NCBI GenBank assembly: GCA_021162245.1
Contig: JAGGZD010000127.1
Span: 1 to 36,019, forward strand
Length of the DNA stretch: 36,019 nt
Origin: Dehalococcoidia bacterium
Lineage (GTDB): Bacteria > Chloroflexota > Dehalococcoidia > GIF9 > AB-539-J10
Reading direction: 5' to 3'
Part shown: positions 1 through 7,945 of the stretch, piece after piece
Layout of the letters: every line of letters begins with the position of its first letter
Numbering within the stretch: position 1 is the stretch's first letter
The notes under the pieces: model-generated
Told to the model about the DNA's origin: nothing
Database searches by the model: none
Seen by the model: only the letters and a program-made list of their open reading frames with translations
Made by a program: the position numbers and the translations under genes

Positions 1-155
1 ATTTTCACTCCCTCATTAAGCCTACAAACAGTGTCAAACCTCCTAAACCCACCCTGCCTTTCCTTCATTTTCTCCCGACCCACGGATTAAGGCTAACGCA
101 GATAGATTGCATGAGTAATAGCTTTGTGCTAAAGTTACACTCTAATTGGAGTGTC

Positions 156-380
156 ATGCAGAATAAAGTTACCATCAAGATACCACGGGAGCTTTATCAC
201 AAGCTGGGACAACTAATAGAAGGAACTGGTTTTTCCAGCGTCACGGAATTCGTTGTCTTTGTCATGCGAAGTTTGACCTCCGACAGCGAAATAAGGGTAA
301 ATGATAAGCTAACCGCAGAGGAAGTGCGTGCTGTGAGGGAGAGGTTAAAAATACTCAGCTATCTAAAGGAGGAAAAGTGA
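156..380 (+). CDS. CopG/ribbon-helix-helix family protein
   Basis: Beta-strand VTIKIP followed by helices (RELYHKL, FSSVTEFVVFVMR); ATG at 156 preceded by GGAG (ORF track starts at 111); C-terminus RERLKILSYL. Confidence 0.75.
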   Translation: MQNKVTIKIPRELYHKLGQLIEGTGFSSVTEFVVFVMRSLTSDSEIRVNDKLTAEEVRAVRERLKILSYLKEEK

Positions 381-595
381 ACAAGGGAAAGGAACCCACA
401 AAGGCTGTATTGTTATCTAATGACCTCTATGAGAAGATACAGGAAAGGGTGACTAATACAGAATTTAACTCGGTAGATGAATATGTGATATTCGTCATGG
501 AGGAAGTCCTCAAGGATGAAGAGGACCAGGCCTTGAGTAAAGAGGATGAAGAGGAGATAAAGAAAAAGCTCAAGGCTTTTGGTTATTTGGAATAA
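377..595 (+). CDS. CopG/ribbon-helix-helix family protein (paralog of upstream gene)
   Basis: GTGA overlap with previous gene, AAGGAGG RBS; FNSVDEYVIFVME aligns with FSSVTEFVVFVMR; C-terminus EEEIKKKLKAFGYLE. Confidence 0.8.
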   Translation: MNKGKEPTKAVLLSNDLYEKIQERVTNTEFNSVDEYVIFVMEEVLKDEEDQALSKEDEEEIKKKLKAFGYLE

Positions 596-923
596 ATGGT
601 ATGAGATTTTCTGAATGGTCTATAGAGAATCTAGAGAACACAAAAGAGAAGAGGGAGCAATAGAGACGCTGGTGGTTACATCTTCTTCGGCTATTGTGAC
701 GGAATTTGTTATGCTTCCCATTCTCATGCCACAAGCAGCTGTAAATGAAATAGGGGCTACAACACATCATAGTGACAATCATCCAATTCTAAAGGATGGA
801 TAAGATATAAAATGAACATGCGCAAACTTAGAGATATTATTGCAATACTTGCGATCATATCTGGAGGTTGGAGCATAACAAATACATTTGTTTTTTGATA
901 CGAAATCTTAGGAGGTAATTATT

Positions 924-1724
924 GTGCCTGAGCTAAAGGATCTGGAAGATAGAACCCTGTATATAATAAGAGAGGCTTATGCTAAATTTAAGAAACCAGC
1001 AGTGCTATGGAGCACCGGCAAAGACAGCACCACCATGCTATGGCTCTGCCGTAAAGCTTTCCTGGGTAAAATTCCTTTCCCCGTGATTCATATAGACACA
1101 GGTTATAAATTCAGACAGATGTATGAGTTCAGAGATAGAATTGCTACAGAGTGGGGCTTAGATTTAGTGGTGGCTAAAAACGAAGAGGCGATGAAAGAAG
1201 GGGTGGGTCCTCAGAATGGCAAATTTGAATGCTGCACCAGATTAAAAACACAGGCACTGATGGAATGTTTAGAGAAAAATGGATTCGACGCCTTGATTCT
1301 GGCTATAAGGAGGGATGAGCATGGCATAAGAGCCAAAGAAAGATATTTCTCTCCACGAGATGAATCCTTCAAATGGAATTACAAAGACCAGCCCCTGGAG
1401 ATGTGGGACCAGTACCAGAGCGTAACCGAAGATAGAACTCACACCCGAGTTCACCCAATTCTTCATTGGAGAGAGCTGGATGTATGGGAATACTTCAAGC
1501 AGGAGAACCTCCCGGTAAATCCGATGTATTTTGCTAAAAACGGGAAAAGGTACAGAAGCCTTGGTTGTGAACCCTGCACCAACACTATAGATTCCAACGC
1601 CAGCAATATTGATGAGATAATAGAGGAGTTAAGGACCACCCGAATTGCAGAGAGATCTGGTAGGGCACAGGACAAGGAGAAAGCTTTCACCATGCAAAAA
1701 CTCCGTGCACTGGGGTACATGTAA
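924..1724 (+). CDS. cysD: Sulfate adenylyltransferase subunit 2
   Basis: PP-loop WSTGKDS, IHIDTG, RRDE, RAKERYFS, RVHPILHW, YRSLGCEPCT; GGAGGT RBS before GTG; adjacent to cysN. Confidence 0.92.
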   Translation: MPELKDLEDRTLYIIREAYAKFKKPAVLWSTGKDSTTMLWLCRKAFLGKIPFPVIHIDTGYKFRQMYEFRDRIATEWGLDLVVAKNEEAMKEGVGPQNGKFECCTRLKTQALMECLEKNGFDALILAIRRDEHGIRAKERYFSPRDESFKWNYKDQPLEMWDQYQSVTEDRTHTRVHPILHWRELDVWEYFKQENLPVNPMYFAKNGKRYRSLGCEPCTNTIDSNASNIDEIIEELRTTRIAERSGRAQDKEKAFTMQKLRALGYM

Positions 1725-1732
1725 GGAGAATT

Positions 1733-2947
1733 ATGAAGATAAATGTAGTTATCGTAGGACATGTCGACCATGGTAAATCCACACTCATCGGCAGGCTTCT
1801 CTATGATTCCGAGAGCATCAATGAGGGCCGTGTAGAAGAAATACAGAAACTGGCAGAGGAATACAAGCGAAGATTCGAGTTCGCCTATTTCCTCGATTCC
1901 TTTGACGATGAGCTGAAAGAGGAACGCACCATAGATACCACAGGAGTAATGTTTAAGAGCCGGAAGAACCTCTACTCCATCACCGACGTTCCTGGCCATA
2001 AGGAATTCATCAAGAATATGCTCACAGGTGCGTCCCATTCTGATGTGGCAGTTCTGGTAGTCGCGGCCAACGAGGGTATACAGGAACAAACAGGGAGGCA
2101 CGCCTTTCTGGTCCACATGCTCGGGATAAAGAAACTCTTCGTCGTGATTAACAAAATGGACATCGTCGACTATAGCAAGAAAGTTTTCCAGGACACCAGG
2201 AACAAAATGTCGCATCTACTGGCCTCTTTCGGTTATCACGATGTGCCTTTTATTCCTGGTTCGGCTATGGAAGGAGATAACATCTACAAACCATCACAAC
2301 ACATGAAATGGTATAACGGAACCACCTTGATTGACACCCTTGATAATGTGTCGGTAGAAAGAGTGGTGAAACCGCTTCGATTTGTCGTCCAGGATACCTA
2401 TTCAGTTGATTCCGAAAAGGTCGTTGTGGGCAGGGTCGAATCCGGCACTCTACATGTTGGCGACGAGGTGATTTTTCAGCCTTCGAACGTCATAGCCAAA
2501 GTGCAGAAGATAGTAGTTTACCAGCATGACCTGGCAGAGGCGAACAGGGGAGATAGCATCGGGATCGTTGTAAACAAGGAAGTGGAAAGAGGGGATGTTT
2601 GTGGATTGCCGAAATTGCCACCGATAGCTGTAACGGAGTTCCTGGGAGAGGCTGTGCTTCTTGACAAGAAGCTTCAAGAAGGAGACGAGGTAGAGTTGAG
2701 GTGTGCAACCAGATGGGTCAAGTGCAGAATACAACGCATCAGGGAAAAGATAAACTCGGAGACCGGCGAGGTCATTGAAAATAACCCTGCCGAGATAAGC
2801 GAAAATGAGGCGGCACTCATTGAATTTTCCTGCGAACCGGTGGTGGTAGAAAAGTTCTCTGAGATACCCGAGCTTGGCAGGTTTGTCCTGGTAAGAAACA
2901 AAAACATCGGAGCAGGGATAGTACTGGAAACAACCAGTCAAAAATAA
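1733..2947 (+). CDS. cysN: Sulfate adenylyltransferase subunit 1 (EF-Tu-like GTPase), no fused APS kinase domain
   Basis: GHVDHGKSTLIGRLL, DVPGH, NMLTGAS, INKMD, C-terminal LGRFVL...GAGIV; 404 aa; directly after cysD. Confidence 0.88.
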   Translation: MKINVVIVGHVDHGKSTLIGRLLYDSESINEGRVEEIQKLAEEYKRRFEFAYFLDSFDDELKEERTIDTTGVMFKSRKNLYSITDVPGHKEFIKNMLTGASHSDVAVLVVAANEGIQEQTGRHAFLVHMLGIKKLFVVINKMDIVDYSKKVFQDTRNKMSHLLASFGYHDVPFIPGSAMEGDNIYKPSQHMKWYNGTTLIDTLDNVSVERVVKPLRFVVQDTYSVDSEKVVVGRVESGTLHVGDEVIFQPSNVIAKVQKIVVYQHDLAEANRGDSIGIVVNKEVERGDVCGLPKLPPIAVTEFLGEAVLLDKKLQEGDEVELRCATRWVKCRIQRIREKINSETGEVIENNPAEISENEAALIEFSCEPVVVEKFSEIPELGRFVLVRNKNIGAGIVLETTSQK

Positions 2948-3074
2948 ACACTAAACAAGAAATATAAAATATTGAATAAATACAAATGCCTAAATCTAAA
3001 GACCGTTTCAGTTACTCGTATTTTGAATTTATTAAGAGATCAAGAGTTGGAATTTTCCTTATTGGAGGTTTGCG

Positions 3075-3851
3075 ATGTTTTTTGTACTTGGAATAGATGC
3101 AGCAACATGGACAGTAATCAGGCCAAACCTTGATAGTCTGCCTAATTTTAGAAAACTCATCCAGATTGGAAAGAGCAAGGAGATGGTGCTCACCGAAAAA
3201 CCTATCTCCCCTTCAGTCTGGTGTAGCATGTTCTGCGGGAAAATGCCGCAGGAACATGATCATCACGCCTTCGTTTCTGGAGGCAACCTGGTCAAGCGCG
3301 AGGATATAGCAGTTAAATTCATCTGGGATATACTGCAACAAAAAGGGAAAAAGGTCAGGGTTTTAAATGTCCCTTTTATAGTGCCACCATACTGCTTCAA
3401 TACCTACTTCAAGCCTATCGGCTTTGGGCTTCCTTCCAATGAGAAGGAATGGCAACAAGAACTGGAAAAAGTAACCGAATATACAAAACAATTCATATTG
3501 GAGAAACCAGACCTGCTCATCTCGGTGTATACCCTGTTGGATAGAATCCAGCACTTTCACTGGGGAGAAAGCTGTGTCCTGGAATGGTACCAGAAACTGG
3601 ACGCCAAGCTTGCCGAGTTGCTGTTTGATAACGGTTTTCTGAAAGACCAGCAGAACCAGCTTATCGTAATTTCCGACCATGGTTTCTGTTCATTCGGCGA
3701 GGCAAAAGTACAAACCCTGCCACAAAAAACAGCCGAGGGTATTCTGAAAGGAGACCACCACGAAAACGCCTTCCTGGTAACCGTAAATTTGGATTATGCA
3801 ATAAATAAACCGCAGGATGTATTTAATGCCATCAAACAGGATCTGGGATAA
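3075..3851 (+). CDS. Alkaline phosphatase superfamily protein (short type I phosphodiesterase/NPP-like)
   Basis: VLGIDAA, ISPSVWCSMFCG, DRIQH, ISDHGF, GDHH motifs; GGAGG RBS. Confidence 0.8.
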   Translation: MFFVLGIDAATWTVIRPNLDSLPNFRKLIQIGKSKEMVLTEKPISPSVWCSMFCGKMPQEHDHHAFVSGGNLVKREDIAVKFIWDILQQKGKKVRVLNVPFIVPPYCFNTYFKPIGFGLPSNEKEWQQELEKVTEYTKQFILEKPDLLISVYTLLDRIQHFHWGESCVLEWYQKLDAKLAELLFDNGFLKDQQNQLIVISDHGFCSFGEAKVQTLPQKTAEGILKGDHHENAFLVTVNLDYAINKPQDVFNAIKQDLG

Positions 3852-4123
3852 TGACAACCTTCTCAACTCAAAAGAAAGCCTTATTTTTACAGACATGCTT
3901 GCGCAAAGATTACTGCAATTTATAGATAGTCACGAAAGGTAATGCGGGGCACGCCTATACTTTTTCCAAACCCTAACCTGACATAGAAAACATAGATGAC
4001 CTGGTGCAATAGTATAGTTTGACGTACACGGTGGCACTTCCCCAAAAAATATAAAATACGAACCTGGTTCCTTGAGCCTACTGAAAATATGCGCTATCCT
4101 AGTACGGATTCGGTTTAAGAACA

Positions 4124-5437
4124 TTGATGAAATCTAACCTTCCTTTCTTTGGTATAATCCGCGAAGTCATCGATATAATGACCTCCAGGCAGAAACTGGT
4201 GCAGTTTGCCACCACGCCTCTCTACAGAAATGCCTCTTACCTGATGCTCAATACGGCGATTATGGCTCTTATGGGTTTCTTCTTCTGGATGATAGTTGCC
4301 CGGTTTTACTCCGAAGCTGAGGTAGGCTATAGCTCAGCCATAATATCAGCCCTCAATCTCCTCGCGATCATAAGCCTGGCTGGTTTAAATACATCCCTGA
4401 TCCGCTTCCTGCCCCGAAGTGATAAACCCCAGGAACTGATAAATACTTCTTATACACTGAGTAGTCTTATCAGCCTGGTGATAGCCAGTATTTTTATCGC
4501 TGGCCTGAGCCTATGGTCTCCATCTCTGGACTTCATCAAACAGAATCCTATATTTACTCTGGTTTTTATCATCTTAACCTTATTGTGGACACTATCAAGA
4601 ATGCTGGGAGCTACATTCATTGCCAGGAGGCATGCGGGCTTTGTATTATCCAAGAACACCATACAATCGACACTTAAAATACCCTTCGCCATCCTCCTTG
4701 TCTCGCTTTTTCACACATTTGGTGTAGTTGCTTCATGGGGTATCGCCAATATCATAGCCATAACTATTTCCATTTTTCTGTTTCTGCCCAGCGTCCAGAA
4801 TAATTATAAGCCAGTGCCTGCTTTTAATCTGAATTTAATTAAAGATATGTGGCGATATTCAGCGGGTAACTACTCCAGCAACCTTTTATCAGGCTCACTG
4901 AGGTTCATACTGCCACTTATGGTTGTTAACCTGCTGGGAGCCAGGCAAAACGCCTATTTCTATGTTGCATGGCTGATCGCCAACTTTCTTTTCGCTATCC
5001 CCACCGCAATCTCCCAATCCCTGTTCGCAGAGGGCTCACACTTTGAAGATAAATTACGGAAAAATGCAATGAAATCCCTTAAATTAACCTTCCTGCTGTT
5101 AGTTCCGGCAGTCGTGGTAATCATTCTGGCAGGCAAATGGTTGCTCCTTGCCTTCGGGCAAGGCTATTCCCTGAATGCCATAAGCCTGCTCTGGATTCTC
5201 AGTCTATCCAGTTTCCCACTGACAGTCAACCGTATCTATAGCAGTATACTGCGGGTTAAAGGCAGATTGAAGAAGCTTATAGCAATCTGGGCATTTATTG
5301 CTGTTTCCGTATTTCTATCCAGTTACTTGCTTATGCCAGCGTTCGGTATTATGGGAATTGGCTATGCCTGGTTCGGAGCCCATGCCGTAGCGGCCATATA
5401 CATTCTCACCTCAAGGAAACTTCTGCCACCCAAATAG
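4124..5437 (+). CDS. Oligosaccharide flippase (Wzx/MOP family); start may be ATG 4178
   Basis: Many hydrophobic segments; LYRNASYLM, GFFFWMIVAR, GLNTSLIRFLP, FGIMGIGYAW are typical of polysaccharide exporters. Confidence 0.85.
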   Translation: MMKSNLPFFGIIREVIDIMTSRQKLVQFATTPLYRNASYLMLNTAIMALMGFFFWMIVARFYSEAEVGYSSAIISALNLLAIISLAGLNTSLIRFLPRSDKPQELINTSYTLSSLISLVIASIFIAGLSLWSPSLDFIKQNPIFTLVFIILTLLWTLSRMLGATFIARRHAGFVLSKNTIQSTLKIPFAILLVSLFHTFGVVASWGIANIIAITISIFLFLPSVQNNYKPVPAFNLNLIKDMWRYSAGNYSSNLLSGSLRFILPLMVVNLLGARQNAYFYVAWLIANFLFAIPTAISQSLFAEGSHFEDKLRKNAMKSLKLTFLLLVPAVVVIILAGKWLLLAFGQGYSLNAISLLWILSLSSFPLTVNRIYSSILRVKGRLKKLIAIWAFIAVSVFLSSYLLMPAFGIMGIGYAWFGAHAVAAIYILTSRKLLPPK

Positions 5438-5568
5438 CTATGGCCTAATTGAGAAATATAAGTAGTATAAACCTTCAGAATCATCGTAGCAATCAGCGCA
5501 CCGGCCATGCTAGCTTGATACCCACCTAAGCAAAAACAGGTGATATTTAGTGTCCTCATTTTTATATT

Positions 5569-6978
5569 TTATATTCTGCCAGACTTTTTTAAACTCTTCA
5601 TTTTTGCCTTTACTGCCGCTTTTTCGTAATCAGTTTTTCCTTCCGCCTTAAGATGTTTAAACTGGGCTATCTTTTTTCTTGCTTCCAGCTCAAATTTATC
5701 CGCTTCGTCATTATTTACGCCATATAAATTATTTGTTTCCCCGGGGTCACCCCTTAAATCATATACTTCTTCGCCTAATAGACATCCATCATTAAGGCTC
5801 TCGGTGCAAATATATTTCCAACCAGGTATACGATAGGAAATCCTTCTTTGTCTCAACCTATCATTGACAACTGTACTAATAACTCCTTCTTCACCTATTG
5901 CTTGACCAGAGCATATGGAAGGCCACAAGCTTTTCCCCAAAAATGTCCCTGGTTTTTTTATTCCAACCATCTCCAGTATGGTTGGTGATAAATCAATAAG
6001 ACCCGCCTGCCCTTTTACCATTATCCCCATATTAATACCAGGTCCCGTTACAATCAATGGTACTCTTAGGAGGTTATCATAAACGGTTTTATGCCCAAAA
6101 ACGCCATGCTCACCAAACTCATCTCCATGGTCAGCTGTAATAATCACTATTGTATTTTCCAAACGCTTCCCCATCCTCTCAAGAAGAACGCCAATCTGCT
6201 CATCGGCATAGTTTATATCCGCATCGTACAGGTCAATAATTGTTTTTATATCATCCGCCGACAGCTTACCAGGACTTTTTTGCCTCTTTTCACCTAGAGA
6301 TGTCATCAGTTTTTGTTTGACCGGTTTATCTGAAAACCGGCGCAGATATTTTTTAGTTGGCAAGTAGGGTTCATGCACATCCATATAATGAAGCCATAGG
6401 AAAAAATTACCCGAATTAGAGCCAAGCCACTGCAATGATTTATCGGTTATTTCTTCAGCGCTGACAATCGGCCGGGGCAATGCACGAGAAAGCAATGGCT
6501 GCATTATTAAGCTTGCAATATGTACTATCCTAGCCATTGACCTGCCAAGCAAATGTGCCTTGCGTCTTATCCACATCCTTACCCGCCAGCGATTGAGCCT
6601 CTGAAAACTATCATCGAATGCATCAAATCCTTTCTGATATCCATAGAAATGTGAAAGGAGTGGGTTGCAATGAAAAGCGGCTGTGTGGTAACCAGCTTCT
6701 TTAAATATCTCAGCTATAGTGATATTGTTCTCCAGGATAGTTTTACCTCCAAATTTTTCAATTGGAGGCAGAGCTGACGCCATAATGGCAGGGAATGACG
6801 AGGCAGTAAAACCTCCATTAGATATCGCTTCCATGAATTGCACCCCTCTGCTGGCAAGTGCATCAATATTGGGACTGGTATTTCTATTATAACCGTAGCA
6901 CCCCAGGTGGTCACGGCGAAGGGCATCTATGGTGATAAGAAGTATATTTGGAGCATCTGCCTTTGTGGTATATTTCAT
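5569..6978 (-). CDS. Sulfatase-like hydrolase/transferase (AP superfamily), copy 2
   Basis: PNILLITIDALRRDH, WLHYMDVHEPY, ITADHGDEFGEHG, EVYDLRGDPGE; start ATG 6978 overlaps the upstream stop as ATGA. Confidence 0.88.
   Translation of the reverse strand: MKYTTKADAPNILLITIDALRRDHLGCYGYNRNTSPNIDALASRGVQFMEAISNGGFTASSFPAIMASALPPIEKFGGKTILENNITIAEIFKEAGYHTAAFHCNPLLSHFYGYQKGFDAFDDSFQRLNRWRVRMWIRRKAHLLGRSMARIVHIASLIMQPLLSRALPRPIVSAEEITDKSLQWLGSNSGNFFLWLHYMDVHEPYLPTKKYLRRFSDKPVKQKLMTSLGEKRQKSPGKLSADDIKTIIDLYDADINYADEQIGVLLERMGKRLENTIVIITADHGDEFGEHGVFGHKTVYDNLLRVPLIVTGPGINMGIMVKGQAGLIDLSPTILEMVGIKKPGTFLGKSLWPSICSGQAIGEEGVISTVVNDRLRQRRISYRIPGWKYICTESLNDGCLLGEEVYDLRGDPGETNNLYGVNNDEADKFELEARKKIAQFKHLKAEGKTDYEKAAVKAKMKSLKKSGRI
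5758..5837. repeat. 80-bp exact direct repeat, copy A (within a ~270-bp near-identical block, 5569..5837)
   Basis: atcatatacttcttcgcc...ggtatacgatagg is identical to 8131..8210 by eye. Confidence 0.9.
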
Positions 6979-7945
6979 ATTAATCCTTTTTCCTTGAACT
7001 TCATAATCCAATTCTGAATTTTATCTTTCTGTCTCGTATCTGACTTTTTTACCACTACTTTACCTGACTTGGAATCGGTTTTAAATATTTCGGTAAGTAC
7101 CCTGCCATCTATATCATCAGGGACTGGCAAGCCAAACATGTGTAGAACGGCTGGAATAATATCATATATACTCAAATTTACCAGCTTCTCACCGCTCTCC
7201 TTTATACGTGGTCCACTGACCATGAAAATACCCTGCCTGGCATGCCAGAGTACGATGGTTCAGTCCACCCAGAATCCTGATTTCCATATGTCACGGGAGT
7301 GCATCTATCAATAAGGAAAGCAATATCATGTCCCTAGTTAGCATAAACCTCATGATATATCTCATCTCCCGTGAACACTGTAATATCAAGGCTTTTACCT
7401 GTTTCATGGTTAGTTATATTCCTTAGCCTATGCACAATATCGTTCACAAGTTTTTCATATTCTTCTCCATGTTCAACTACGCCTTTCGGCTCCCTGCCTT
7501 TCAAATTTATACGTATCATATTTGTGCCTCCCTCCGGGGTAGGCTCTAGCTCTAGCCCTGGCCCAGTCAATGTTGCGATAAATTTCAGCCACTCTGTAGC
7601 CTGATTTCTCACGGCTGGGTAGCTTTATCAAGAGTCGTTCGGGGAGCATCTTTGCTATGAAACAGGTTACTCTGGCACTATGAACCGATAGCAGAAAATC
7701 CCTTATACGCCATAACCAAGGAGGCTCTCCATTATTACCTGCTGGCTGAGAGAAGACCAGTAACCCCTCTTTTTCCAACCATCTACTAACCACAAAACTT
7801 CTACGGCAGGTAGCGAAACCGTGATCAGAAACAATCAGCATATTCGTTTCTCTTGGAAGTTCCTTGATTAACTTATCTATGGCAGCATCGATTTCCTTAT
7901 AGCAACCTTTAGTTAAGCTATGATATTCCCGTCTTTATACCTCAT
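6975..7945 (-). pseudogene. Degraded paralog of the NPP-like gene at 9348..10973
   Basis: Three ORF fragments are colinear with the C-terminal ~320 aa of the intact paralog (VSDHGF, RINLKGREP, HAR.G.F, LHMFGLPVPDD.DGRVL); 5' part missing, frameshifts near 7927, 7537 and 7245, TAG at 7334-7336. Confidence 0.9.

Noticed and set aside
1-110. Possible minus-strand gene start (ATG near 68) running off the left edge
   Set aside because: Only about 22 codons visible and no recognisable motif
615-803. 62-aa plus-strand ORF and its antisense ORF 570..782
   Set aside because: No RBS or family motif; treated only as part of a possible eroded gene
1269-2941. Long antisense ORFs (e.g. 1463..2215, 2450..2941)
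   Set aside because: Shadows of cysD/cysN with no independent motifs
1733-2947. Interpretation as the missing tuf or EF-1A
   Set aside because: Adjacent to cysD and lacks the EF-Tu RGITI switch; CysN-type motifs fit better
3852-4123. Short ORFs between the NPP-like gene and the flippase as an APS kinase remnant
   Set aside because: No P-loop or CysC motif in the frames read
5362-5559. 65-aa minus ORF downstream of sulfatase-like copy 2
   Set aside because: Overlaps the flippase end; the N-terminus is only vaguely GT-like
7334-7336. In-frame TAG as pyrrolysine or readthrough recoding
   Set aside because: The same gene has several frameshifts and a 5' deletion, and TAG is used as a normal stop elsewhere in the window
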